From the NCBI GenBank assembly GCA_013239625.1, contig MU054323.1:17488029-17552028 (forward strand): 64,000 bases of DNA. The letters are read 5' to 3'. Below the pieces are notes generated by a model that searched no databases, had not been told where the DNA came from, and saw only the letters and a list, made by a program, of their open reading frames with translations. This DNA is from Lama guanicoe. Its lineage: Eukaryota. Shown here one piece after another: positions 14,200 through 27,212 of the stretch; the stretch's first letter is position 1; each line of letters starts with the position of its first letter. Made by a program: the position numbers and the translations under genes.

Positions 14200-14670
14200 T
14201 CTGGGTTTTCTCCTGCCCCAACGAACCGGGGCTGGCCCTGGGACTCACTTTAACCAGTGAAAAGCGGCACAAGTGACAGCCTGCGCCATCCGGGCCTAGG
14301 CTTTAGGAAGGCCTGGCTGCTCCTGCTTTTGTGTATCTTGGAGCCTAGAGCAAACGTGTAGGAGGCGTTTTGTGGAGAGATCGCCAGGGAAGAGAAAAGG
14401 GCTGAGATCACAGGGTAGAGAGAGAGGTGGCTGCCCCAGCGTCTCACGTGGGCCCAGCCTTTTAGCCGGACACGTGCGGGGAGCCGCCCTGGACGCCCCA
14501 GCCCCTCCGCTATCTGACCACAGCAGCACGAGAGACCCGGAATGAGAGCAGCGGAGACCCCCACCCCGCTGAACTGCAGCCCGCCTGCAGAATTGGGAGA
14601 GATAATAAAATGGCTGTTGTCCTCCGCCGCTAAGTTTTGGGGTGGTTTGTTAGGCAGCAAAAGATAAGGG
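14200..14670 (+). mobile_element. MLT1-type MaLR LTR
   Basis: Ends with GAGATAATAAAATGGCTGTTG..GCTAAGTTTTGGGGTGGTTTGTTAGGCAGCAAAAGATAA, the MLT1 3' signature. Confidence 0.75.
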
Positions 14671-15586
14671 AAAGAGGCACTTTTGATCTTCTTCCGTCAG
14701 GTCACCCACTTCCTGCTCCAGTTCCAGAGCACCAATCCCCAAATTCCAAGAACCGAAGAGACGGAGGGAGTGAGGAGGAGAGACAGGAGGGAGAAGACGT
14801 AGTAGTACGGTCGCTCCGGGCGCGAGGTGGCAACAAGACCCCCGTGGGAGGGGGGGTCGAAGGGCTTTTATACCCGGGCATGTCAAAATTCAAATTCGAA
14901 GCGTTCTTTTTCTGCCATAAATCCTCTGTCCTCTCATTTTCTTCTAACGCTTAGTAAAGACAACTACCCACAAATTGTTTTGTGTGAGTTGAATTTTTGT
15001 AAAAATTAAGAAGGTGATTTTACATCTGGACACTTTCTAGAAAAAAAATTCAGAATTTCAAGGAGAAGGCTCATTCACTCCCTCCCCTGTAATTTGCTCG
15101 GCCCAGAGATTTGCCTTAAGCATCATCAGACTGTGGGCAGACGTGACCTGCATCGCTCCTGAACAGAACATTCTAGAGGCACTGCGGGGTTCCCCCAGGT
15201 GTATTGCTCCTGTGCCCTCAGCCAGGAGAAGGGCACATTCCCCTGCGGGAGGCGCTGCATTAGCCTCAGTGTCTGAAGAAGACGCAGACGCTCGCTCTCA
15301 AGCCGCCGCTTGGAGCAGAGCGGCAGCAGCCGAACCGCAGCCGACGGCCAGTTACGTGAGCAGGTGTGACCCACTAAGATTCTGAGGTGGTTACAAAGAG
15401 TCTAAGTCAGATAATGTCAGACTTAAGACCACAAGTTAATGGAGCCCTGTCTTCACAGTGGCGAGAGAAAATTATTCTGACTCTAAAATATATAACAGAT
15501 AAAACTATGAAGAAATACTCATATACACAAGAATTTGGAAAACTTACCATCCACACATGTGCTCCTCATGAAACAACGCAAACTGG

Positions 15587-15640
15587 ATCTATATCTATAT
15601 ATAGATATAGATATAGATATAGATATAGATATAGATATAT
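15587..15640. repeat. (ATATAG)n microsatellite with a 26-bp perfect palindrome
   Basis: ATCTATATCTATA|TATAGATATAGAT at 15587-15612, then further ATATAG units. Confidence 0.9.
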
Positions 15641-16720
15641 TCCATTATATTTTATCCTACCAAAGTGGAAAACAAAACAAAACAAAACAAAACCTCTTTC
15701 CTGTTACTGAGGGTCTAGGCAAATAAAATATATTTAAGTTCACTTCTGGAAAGTTCAGCAAAACATACCAAAACATATTAAAAAAATCCTAAAAATGTTT
15801 TGATCCAACAATTTCATTTGCAGTAATTTATTTGAAGGAAATTAGCATAATGTAGGCCCAGACTTAGCAACTAAGTAATGTGGCATGAAGCATTATATAT
15901 AATAGTGATAATTGGAAATAGCCTAATGTATATACTAGGCAGGCATTAACTATGATGTAATTAAAAAAATTATACCTTTAAAGTAAATAATTCATCAGTG
16001 TCTTACAAAATTTTTAAAAAGATGTAAAAGGCTATTCAGTAAAAAAAAAAATGAACCTTTTTCACACCTATCTTCCAGCCACTGAGTTTCCTCCTTGAAG
16101 GCAACAGATACCAGTTTCCCTTCTAATCCTTCCAGAGATATTCTTCCAAATATATATATATATCATATTATATACATGCGTATATATTTTTCTTTTATGG
16201 TAGCAACACTGTACACACTGCTCTGCCCTTGGCTTTTTACACTAAATTCTTCTTAGAGATTGTTCAATACAAGCACGTAGAGAGCTACCTCATTCCTTCA
16301 AATAACCATAGAGTATTCCTTTGATATGTGTCCCCTAATTTATCTAGTCATTTTGAGAAGATTGCGTTTGTGAAAGATTTGTAGAACATTTAATAACATA
16401 AATAGATGTTCGTGATTTATCAAGGGGGAAAAAAAGAAAGCAGCAGATTACAGAGTTGTTGAGAGCTAGAGTAGTATACAAGTCTACAAATAGTCTATTC
16501 CAAATGCTTAGGACACGTAACACACATATTCACATGAAAGCTTGGCATTTGCCATTACAAATTCCTGGAATAACACAACCACTGTGCCCTTTGTCCTAGT
16601 GAGTTGGCCCTTGTAACCAGGGAAACAGCCCCGGTTCACGATCTAAAGAAATACTGGGGAGATGGTCTAGCTAAAGATAAGAAACAGGGTTATATTGTCC
16701 TCTGGGTACTCAGTGATCTC

Positions 16721-17148
16721 TCTTTCTCCCTCAGTTTTATGGCTTTGGCATTCAGCAATTAGTTCTCATCCACATTGCATGTAGGTTTTCAAAGTGGTGA
16801 GAGGTATAAAGGTAACCACCATACAGAGCTTGTTTGGTGAATCTTCGTCCTCGTTATGTTCTCTGGACAACCCCACACAGACACGATATGGGACATTTCT
16901 TACTCCTTTGGCCCAGACAGCTTTGCTGAGCCTGGTGTCAGTGTGCACATTGGGAGTTCCCTCCTCTTTTGAGGCAAATTTCAGGACCTCTTGGAGTGCC
17001 TGAGGAGCACTCTTCCTGAGGCCTCCTCCATGACGTACTTGTGAACATGGATGGAGTATTCTCTGGTGACTACCTCGCTGATGACAGAACCACCCTTCTC
17101 TCCACCCTTCATTGTGGGAGCCATTCTGCAGGGCCCATGTTGGAAGGG
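16721..17148 (-). pseudogene. RPL31: Processed pseudogene of ribosomal protein L31 (eL31)
   Basis: Intronless. Pyrimidine-rich 5' leader, then ATG at 17124 ([10 protein letters not shown]), [28 protein letters not shown], and GATGAGAACTAA with the stop at 16759-16761. Frameshifts, decayed A-tail, 12-bp TSD at 16709-16720 and 17149-17160. Confidence 0.93.
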
Positions 17149-17634
17149 CTTGGTGATCTTAACACATTTTCTCTTCCATGCTCACTTGTGAAGTCAGGCA
17201 GCACTGTAGTGGGAGCATCCAACCCCAGACTTCCCTGCTCCTTGAGGTCAACCTAGGAGTGGACTTCACTGCCACCTCCTTTGCTTGTTAATAATCGAGT
17301 TAGAAATATCACAGGAATGGACTCACCAATAACATGGCCAGAGGCCTTTCAGGCCTGCAGAAACTAAAAAACCAACCCTAACCAGGAAAACTAGTTGGGG
17401 TCCCCGGGATCAGGCCCAAGAGATCCCACCTGCCCTGCCCCATCTGAGTTTTCCCTCTTGGCTTCACTCTGGCTGGAGGCTGGACCCTAACTGGGAAGCA
17501 ACGACAGGAAGAGAGGAGACTGAATCAGACTCAACAGGCTGAAAAGCCTGCCATAGCTGGCACCGCATCTCTCTACTCCATGAGCGGTGTTCACGTGGAA
17601 ACAGGCATCCTTTCCTTAAAAAAACAAAAACAAA

Positions 17635-18330
17635 AACATCTTTTTATCTTGGAATAATTCTAGATCTACAGAAAAGGTGCAAAGAGACGTCTGATGGTTC
17701 CTTTATACCATCACCCAGTTTCCCTTAATGTTAACAACTTACATTACCAAGGTACATTTGTCAAAACTCAGAAACCAATACTGGTATGTTACTACTAATT
17801 CCAGATTTTATGTGGGTTTCACTCATTTTTCCACAAACACCCTTTTCTGTTCCAGTGTCCAGCCCGGGATCCCACACCGCACTCCACTCTCACGTCTCCT
17901 TCATCTCCTCTGCTCTGTGACACATTCTTAGTCTCTCATTCCCGACCTTGGCAGTTTCGAGGAGTACAGGTCAGGTGTTTTGTAGACTGCCCCTCAGTTT
18001 GGGTTTCTCTGATATTTTTTTCTCAAGATGGTACTGGGGTTATGGGTTGGGGGGAGATTGCCAAAGTGAAGTACGCTTCTCTTCACACCAGATCGAGGGG
18101 ACGTGACATCAACATGACTGATCACAGGTGATGTTTTAGCATGGGTCACATGGGAGGGGGGATCTGCCAGGTTCATCTACTCCAAAGTCACTGTTTTTCC
18201 CCCTTTTCATACTCTGTTCTTCGGAACAGAGTCACTAAGTCCAACGCTCATCCAGGGAAGGGGAACTAAAGTCCACTGCTTGGAGGGAACGGCATCTATA
18301 CATATTAGAAATCTTCTATAACGAAGATTT
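17635..18330 (-). mobile_element. Old L1 (L1MC-like) 3' UTR fragment
   Basis: GAATAATTCTAGATCTACAGAAAAG..CACCCAGTTTCCCTTAATGTTAAC..CAGGTGTTTTGTAGACTGCCCCTCAGTTTGGG. Confidence 0.75.
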
Positions 18331-21300
18331 ATCCTTCCCTCCCTATTTGTTTGTTTGTTCAATTGCTTATTTATGTACAAGCACCCTTCTAATTCCAAAT
18401 AATAAATACTCTTGTTTTAAGCAAAGGGTTTCGGTCAGTACTTAAGCTTTTAGCAAAGTTGACCTTCTCCGGTGACAGGGAATACGGAACCCTCTAGGGG
18501 CTCCTGGTGGATATAAGAACAAGGAACCTAAAAAAATAAGATAGTTTAATCTCAGCCCTGCCACAGGTTAGCTGTATAACCTAAAGCAAATTTCTTACTC
18601 TCTCTACTCAGTTTTCCTTTCTAAAATAAAGCCACATTAAATACAAAAAATACTATTATACAGAGGTGGAGGGGTTCATTTACTTTAAACACACAGCCTA
18701 GAGTCTAACAAATAGTTAATGTTTAATAAATATTAGCTGCTATTTATTACATGATTTAATTTTGTTAAATTATACAGCAAATACGTACATGTGCTTGAGC
18801 GCACACACACACACACACACACGCATACATATAGAATCAGCAGTTGATGAGATCCTTAATGATCTTACTTTTCTTTGCTTATGTGTACATTCTAAGTTTT
18901 CTATACTCAGCATTGAGCATTTTCCTACTAAGAGAAAAAATAAAAGTCAGTTTCCAGATTACTAACACCTGCCACTGCGGGAAGTCTGGAAAATGACCAC
19001 TTTGTCATCCCACTGCTGGGAAGAAAACTTGCTAAATCTTTTCTTAAGAATGTCTTGGCAATAAGTATCAAGCATTAACATTTTGCAGACCATCTGACTC
19101 AGCAGTTCCATTTCTAGCTGTTAACCCAGATGAAAATATTGTACAGTATATATGCATCAAGATTTAGTCATACAAATGTTCAGTACATTAATTATAAAAA
19201 GCGAAAACTGGTAACTGAATCCTATATATAAATTATTGTCCTGTGTAGCCAAAGAACAAAGAGTGTTTAGTGAAATTTTTTAATGTTCACAATACATTTA
19301 AGTGACAAAGGGCAGTTACAAAAATTATGGCCAGCATAATTTTTTGTAAAAGACACACACACATACACAGAGAAAAAGTGTTTAAAAATGTACCTAAAAG
19401 GCAACAATTATTATCTCAGGGTAGTCAGATCATGAATGACTTCTTTTCTGCTTTGGGTTTATCTGTATTTTCCAGATTGCCTACAAGAAACCTAAATTAT
19501 TTTTGGAAGTAGAAAATGGCAATGCTATTTTTAACATGCTCATCAGAGAATCTGGAAAATACAAAATATTATATAGGAAAATAAAAGTTACAATTCCACT
19601 ACAGGACTAACCATTATTAACAATTTGTTGTACTTCTTTCAGTCTTTTATATGCATTTGTGTATAATCTTTGCCACTCCCCCCTCCTACTCAATTTAGGA
19701 TCATAGCATATGTAATGTTTTCTAGTCTGCTTTTTTCTTCACTTAAACATTATATTATGAACATCTCCCTAAGTCTTGAATACTTGAAAGCAATGTTAAA
19801 ACAAAGAAACAAACAAGCTAGTGAGGCAGACGTGCAGGAACTGATGTACAAAGATTCACTACAAAGTGAACAAAGTAAGTTGCAAAGCAGTATTATTATA
19901 GGATGATCATATAAAATACTTACCAAGCACTTAACTTTGGTTATGTCTTAAGAGGAGGAATTGCATGGAAATTTCTGGAGGTTTAAAATTTTAAAATATT
20001 ATGTATATTGTTATTTCTGTCAGCAGAAAAGTAATACAGATTTTAAAATAAATAAAAGCCCCATTTTTAAAGGGCTGTACAATAATCCACTATACCATAA
20101 AATTCTCCTGATTTTGGACACTTGAATTTGTTTCAACCTTTTTGCTATTATAAATAATGATAATGCTTGGATGAATATCTTTGTTTCCAAGTCTTTTTCT
20201 GAGCTTATATTCTATGATAAATTTGAAAGAGGCTGATTCCTAGATCAATTTGTGTAAACTAATCAAAAGATTTTGCTTGAAATGTATACCTGGCTAATAT
20301 GCAAATGTATGCTTGTATGTACAGAGCAATGGATTTAACTTTCTGTTTCTTAATAGAAATCAACAAGATTTAGCCTTAGCTTTTTCATTTGTTTTGTTTT
20401 GTTTTTAGCCTTAGTTTATGGCTTTTAATTTACTCAGAGGATTTCTCATGGGAAAAGTATATTCTCTTTGGAAATATATTACAGATTCTTATTTTAAAAC
20501 AATTTCTCAATCCCAGCAGAAACTTTGAAACCTGGCTTCATACTCCACAATGGAGAAATGGAGGCAATAGATCAATGCTCTTGATTGATTAAGCTAACAT
20601 GACACAAGCAATTTACTGGTGATATTTTAATAGAGAATCGAGAAGAGAGGCTGTAAATAATAAAAATAAATAAAAATTTAAAAGCCATTTATCTATCCTA
20701 TTGAAAAAAACAAAGCTTTGCTCTTTGAAAAAACAGATGAGTTTTATTGAGATTAATTTTTATACCATAAAGTTTACCTCTTTGAAGTACACAATTTGAT
20801 GGTTTTTAGTATATTCCCAGGCTGTGCAACTATTACCAGTATCTAATTTTAGGACATTTTCATCATTTCTGCTTTGGGAAATTATTTTCACATTTTATTT
20901 TATAATTACTATACATAAAAACTGCCTCAAATCTATTATCAAACAAGGCGATGAAGAGACACAAGAAGTTAAATAGAATAAATACAGTTCTGACCACCTA
21001 CTTAATCTGTATTTGACATTTTTTTGGGCCCCTTAATAATCTGTATTTGACATTTCTTTGGGTCCCTTAACTTTTTCGAGGCCCTGGTTTCCTTATCTGT
21101 AAAATCAGAAGACTGGTGTGATCACACAAAGGACTCTCTGATTTAAATTTTACCTTTTTATGTTGCATTCATGTGACACATTTCATGATGATTTCAGTAC
21201 CTCACTTTGGTTGGAGGCAGGCCCTGTACATACAGAAGAGGAATATGAAGATGCCTTCATTTACTAATGTGATGCGATCTACAAGCAAAGAGACCAAACA

Positions 21301-24300
21301 CCTTGTTATAGCTGGGGGCCAGCTATTTAGCTAAGGACACAGTGTTTTTAGATAGTTATTTTAATTAAGGTTGGCCTTAAAAAATAACAACTATTAGGAT
21401 ATAAGAATTCAGAGAAGATTGAAAATGCCCCCATACAAGTGAATTGGATTCAGACAATTAATGCTTAACACCTTTCAATGCAAAAATAAGTACAAAGTTT
21501 GGCAGAAGTTTTTTGAAATTTTTAGAGCCAGCTCTGCCACTTTCTGGCTACATCTCTGAACCTGAGATTTCTTACCTGCAAAAAGATGGCCAACAATATT
21601 TACTTCCTACAGTGTTTGGGAAAACATTACAGAGCATATATAAAGCATCCTGTACAATGCCTGACATCTGGTAAGGGCTTAATGTAATTTAGTTCCCTTG
21701 GACCAGTTAATCTACCAAGAACATAAAAGCCAACAGAAAAGAGGTGATAATACACACATATAAATGCACAATACATGCATAAATCGGTGAAATCAAGGAT
21801 GAACTAAAAAAGCCATAGCTTGCCTCAACAATGCATCAATGACTTATATTTCAACATAAGATAGCTGCTTTATATTTAGAATATTGATTTAAAAGATTTG
21901 TTTTCTTTTTACTACAGAAGGCTTGAGATTTCTGTCATTATTTATTGTCTCTCTCTAGCTTTGACTCTGTCAAATTTCCTAGAATATTCAACTGCATTGG
22001 TGATTATCACTTCCTTATAGGTTTAAAAATCCTGAAAATTAAAAAGAAAAAACCCCAGCAATAACAAAAAACACTTTGTGAATTTGTGCAAGATAAAGTA
22101 GCTGGTGGTTAGCAAGTTGAGATAAAATAAAAGTACTGTAAATAATGTTCTGGGATTTTACACACTGAGAGTGCCGGAAAATCTCCTGGCAATGTTGCTA
22201 GATGGAGTCTTCTTGGGATTCGGGCCAAGGATTTACTTTAATACTTCAGAATTGTGCAGTTTGAAAATTGAAGTTTCAATTTCACTTGTACTTAATTGCT
22301 ATTCTCTCAGCCGTATGTATTCCTCTTCGTCGATGTTATTGATCAAAGGGCAGGTTGTGCACTTACTGGGCAAGAACGGCATTCTTCCTCTGCAGAGTGG
22401 CATCCATTTATGGTGTGTGTCATCTATGGCCACAAGGAGTTTAAAGTGCTTACCAAGGCAGAACAAAACAAAACAACAGCAGTAACAGGACAAAAACCAA
22501 ACCCAATGCCGAGTAACACAGACCATCTAATGCCTCACAGATCTTCGGTTTGGGATGTTGCAGAGCAACTGCATTGGCCGCCACGGACCCAGCTCTGTGC
22601 AGCTGACAGAAGGGTGGAGAAGGGAGATCTCAATGATCAGGAAGGTGCCAAGATGTGGGACTAATTCCTTCCTTGTAAAGCAGAGAGAACACGATCCTTA
22701 GCTAGGCCGTGACTCTGTCCCACCTCTCCCTTCAATCTGTGACACAACTGAGAAAGGGAGGGCGGAAGAGGACACAGGAACCAGACAAGAGACAGATGAG
22801 GGTTGTTCGTCCATGTCACTTCACAAAATGTCTTAGCCGGAAGGATCCTTAAACACGGTGAGCTTGTCTTCTCCTTATCACAGACTGGGGGGCCAGAGAG
22901 AGAAGGGAACTCTCTCACCACAATGTAGTTAGTGGCTGACTTGCCTTTAGAACCCAGCCAAGGTATGTCCACCTCCCCACGCTGCTTTGATGTATGGTCT
23001 TTGTAAGAAATGATGCCAGGGTGGCACTGGTAAATTTTCAAAGTAGACGTGGTTTGTTGTAAGTGTACTTCCACCTGCATTTCTCACCCCTTGTGGTGCC
23101 CTTCACTTCCAATCCCTAAAGAAAGACCCCGATGTCCTCACATTGCCCTCCAGCTACCCAGCAATCCCACCCCCACAGCCCACACCTTCATCTTCTTGAC
23201 ATTCTGATGACAAACTACTCTTGGGAAAGCTATTCCTTTAAACAAATTCACACAAAAATTCTAACTGGTACTTTATCTCCCTAATAGCTTCTCAGTGGGA
23301 TTACTTTGGAACCCAGAAGCATTTCTAAATGTTAACTATTTAAGGCAGAATGAGGAAGGGATTTTTATCTCTTCCAGGCTGGTCAGCCTGTAGGGTAGAT
23401 TTAGTCATGGTTTCGCTCTATTTCAAGTCATCAAGGCTTGGGATGCAGGGAAAGGCAAGCTGGTGAATAGCAGGGCAAAGGCGAAGAGGTCCTTTGTCCC
23501 AGATTGGAGGTACTGTGACTTGTCCAGGTATTAACTCAGCAAAGCTCTCTGGAGTTTGGTGCAATAGTAGCCCTGGGTTACATTTGGAATCTGGATTTGG
23601 AAATGGAAGAGGGGACTTCCAATTGAAGCCAACTCATGGCTAAGAATCCATGACATAGAGGGAACATTTGATGGAGTCAATTTTGGTGAGGGATTTTTTT
23701 TTTCTTTTCTGAATGGGACTACATTGAAGGAATAACAGAGTATATGACATCCAATGAGATGTCACTCTCTAAAACAAATATATTTTAGAGATTTATTTGA
23801 ATTCAGTCTAAGGTTACTTCCAAATTTAGTTTACATAAGATAGAGCTGGAGTTTTACCGGGGGTTCTTATACTAGACAAGATTAAATTCAGGATGTTTTT
23901 CTCTGACTTGAAAATTACAGGTAGTAGAAGATCAGCAAATCTCAGAGGAAGGAAATTGGATAGTGGAGCATGTCTTTGTTAGAGAAGAGTGGGGTGATGG
24001 GTATTTGGTAAAGGAAGAAACCGATAACACAGGCTAGGGAGTCAAATCCAAGGGAAGTAGGTGTGTGGCCAGAGAGGGGGATAATTAGGAAAGAAGAAAG
24101 GAGGAAAGGAGATCTTGAGATGGGGTCTGTTGCAGGACAAGTGACAAATACTGATTCTTCCTCTAGAGGGCACTTCTGACATTTCCCCCTCCCTTTTCTT
24201 CTCTTACTGCAAGTGTTTTTCAAAGATAGGGCTGACTTTTCTTCTCACTCACAGCACGTCTTCACTGCCTCAGGAATAAAAATTGTTCATATAAGTCAGT

Positions 24301-25637
24301 TGCCAGAATAGACAGATTAAATTTAAAGACTTGTGTAGACTTGTGTCTCTAGCCTGGATCTCTTGCTTTTTCTCTAGTTGAGTTTCCTATAGTTTATCAC
24401 CCTGGGCTGCTTAACAAGCACAATATTAAATTTGTTTTGTGTATTCCCATACCTAAAATGCTTCTTCTTCAAAATTTAGTTTTACCTCTCCAGCCAACTC
24501 TTGTATCTCTGATGATTCCAATCCTTTAGGAAGTCGCTAAGAGTCATGGTCAGATTATTTTATGATGCTAGTGTTGGTGTCTTTAGATTTTCTAGTGAGG
24601 TCTTAATTTGTGCCTTTCTGATTAAATCCCATTACATTTTTTCTTTCTACATGTCCCATTCTGGGTTCATTTACGTCTGTTTCTTCCTAATAGTTGATAG
24701 TGTTTGCCAGGCAGTTAGCAAACACTTTAAATAGTGTCAGTAAACTAAATTGGTGTACAAAGAAAGACTTGACATTTTTGTTTGCTGGAAGGTAAGAGCC
24801 TTTTCACGGTGGAAATGCAAGTGCCACCAAATGGAAGACAGGACCAGTTCAACAGGATGAGTTCTCACACTTCTTTGAGAGGGAACATGGCAACTACTGT
24901 ATTTTGAAAATTCCATGGGTTTATTTCAAGGGATCATATATTAACTGTAGAACTTAAAATGTTCAAATATTCTAGAAGATATTAAAAATAATCATATTGA
25001 CATAGCTCTTTCTCTTGTAAAGCATATTAACATAATTGTTTCATTTAATACTTTTAACAACCTCAGGTGTTAAAATTCTCATTTTAGGCAGGTGTTATTA
25101 TTATTCTCATCGTAGAGCTGAAGACACTGATGATCAAAAGTCATGACCTATAAGTGGCAAAGCCAGAATCTGACCTCCCTGTGGTATCTTATCGTTTACT
25201 AGTCTAGCCCAAGCTTCTTTACAGCATGAAGGCTGGCTTCCCCAGAGAGGGAAAGCAGAAGCCGCCAAGCCTTTCAAGGGCTAAGCCCAGAAGTGGTACA
25301 GAGGCCACTCTGCTGCGTCTAAGGCAGTCACAGGTCACAAGGCGAGGAGAGGGGAGGGAGACTTCACCTCTTGATAAAAGGAGTGGCAAAGCGTCATGGT
25401 AAAGGTGATGTGGGTTGAGAAAAATTCCAGTTACTGCTGGAAATAACTGACCACATTCTTTTTGCATAAACACCATTAAAAATAATGAAAGCAGAACGGT
25501 TAGTTCAAAAGAAAATAGAAGAATTAAAGCATATTTAAATAGTGACCTCATTCATTACTTTACCAATTGTTTTTCTCTGTCTTGATGATTAGTCTAAGCT
25601 TGGTGTTGAGTCTTTTTATCTTTTTAAACCTACAACA

Positions 25638-25922
25638 AACAAGGTCGTACTGTATAGCACATGGAACTATATTCAGTGGCTTTAGTAACCTGTAATGAAA
25701 AAGAATATGAAAAAAATACATAACTGAATCACTATGCTGTACACCAGGAACTAATACAAAATTGTAAATCAACTATACTTCAATTTAAAAAAGTGTTAAA
25801 AGAAAAAGAAAGAATATGAAAAGGAACTTATATGTATGCATGTGTATAACTGAATCACCATGTTGTAGACCGGAAACTAACATTGTAAATTGACTATACA
25901 TTGATAAAATAAAAATAAAAAT
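25638..25922 (+). mobile_element. Two tandem L1 3' tails
   Basis: Two copies of GAATATGAAAA..TAACTGAATCAC..ATTGTAAAT..ACTATAC followed by an A-tail. Flanks are AAACCTACAACA and AAACCTGCAACA. Confidence 0.8.
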
Positions 25923-27212
25923 AAACCTGCAACAGAAACCACTGTGATAGCTTGGACTTGAAGATACAAGAACATTTCATATCTTGTATCTTAAGTGTTG
26001 TAGAGGGCCAGAGAAATATTTGAATTCAAAGAAGAATCTTACAGTCTCAAAGTAAAGTTGTAAAGATGTTCTCAGAGATTAGCATCTAGCCAATCAGACT
26101 GGAAAAGATTTTACCAGTTTTTCCATTTGTAAAAATTCCCAACCCAAGACAAAAAAAAAAAAAAGGAATAGTTTTGCCACATCGGCTGTTCAGATATTCC
26201 AAATGATAGGAAATTAAATAACAAATTCTGGAATTTATGTATGAAGAGGACAGTTTTCTCATTTAAATATAAACAGACAATGAACTAACAGCTGAGTTGA
26301 ACAGAAATTAGGAGACAGAAATATTTCTAACTTTTATTAAAGTAAGCTAAAGAACATATTTAGGTTAAGTTATATATTCAACTATAAAGTCACCAAAGTA
26401 TTTAATCCCATACGTAGGTTTTCTACATACCTTAAGATAAATTTAACAAATTATACATATTTAAAATAATACAACTAAAACTGCTTTGTAGTGAATTGTT
26501 CCTAGTACTGTAAATTGCCATTATGTTAATTATCAAGTGCTAATTGAAATACAGCTATAATTTCATGTGATTTGAACTAGACCTGCTTCTATACAAATCT
26601 GTTCTAAAATCCTAAGTAGACACACACAGCATCTTCAATGTGACAATATTTAGACATGGTCAGTGACTAGTGTTCACAACAGAAAAGGATGTTAACTTTA
26701 TAAATACAAGTCATTTATATATCAGTTAAATAGGATAGCCAATTCTCAGCTCGATTATAAACTTTAAATTATAAGTTAAACATAAAGTTGACTGAGCCTG
26801 GGTCCCTGTTGCTGAAATACAAAACAGATATAATTTAGATCTATTCATAGAGTTCTATCAAGTCATCTATCATTTACTGAAACTACTAAAACTTTTACTG
26901 AAGTTAGAAATGTCCTGAGTGTTCTTTGCTTTAATGGATATCTCAAATGAGTATTTCACAGCATATGTCATTCCCAGGCTAATTAGAGTTAGATTAAACC
27001 AGCAATGAAAGATTACATATTACCCTGCATTTTGAAAGCACACCTGTTTGATTTACATTAATTAAAATCCAGTGATAATGAGCTTTAAAATCCACTTTCG
27101 TTTATAAAATTTAACCTCTGTTAGGTGGTTGTCTGCAAACTGCTACTGACTTGATAGAAATGGGTGGAGGTGATGGCGCGTGTGTCTGAGTGTGAAGGAA
27201 GGCGAGCGAGAC

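Noticed and set aside
14250..14954. Cluster of overlapping GC-rich ORFs
   Set aside because: They lie in or beside an MLT1 LTR and show no recognisable protein.
15387..15726. ORFs with YRYRYR / IDIDID repeats
   Set aside because: These are translations of the (ATATAG)n microsatellite.
1..20400. SOS1 exons or promoter (expected neighbour by human synteny), and isolated GTAAGT donors near 5408 and 15546
   Set aside because: No SOS1 peptide or strong CpG island is seen, and the lone donors have no supportable exon.
22661..23080. 139-aa ORF as a functional gene
   Set aside because: It crosses an apparent intron and is out of frame with the splice-consistent reading of 22945-23115.
24486..24944. 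459-nt phase-0 segment as independent proof of coding origin
   Set aside because: 8 stops in 153 codons is close to random for AT-rich DNA. It is kept only as a weak candidate exon because of its boundaries.
26315..27185. AT-rich stretch with AATAAA as the 3' UTR of a retrocopy
   Set aside because: No poly-A tail or TSD. An internal strong donor AAG|GTATGT at 26431 fits a pseudo-exon better.
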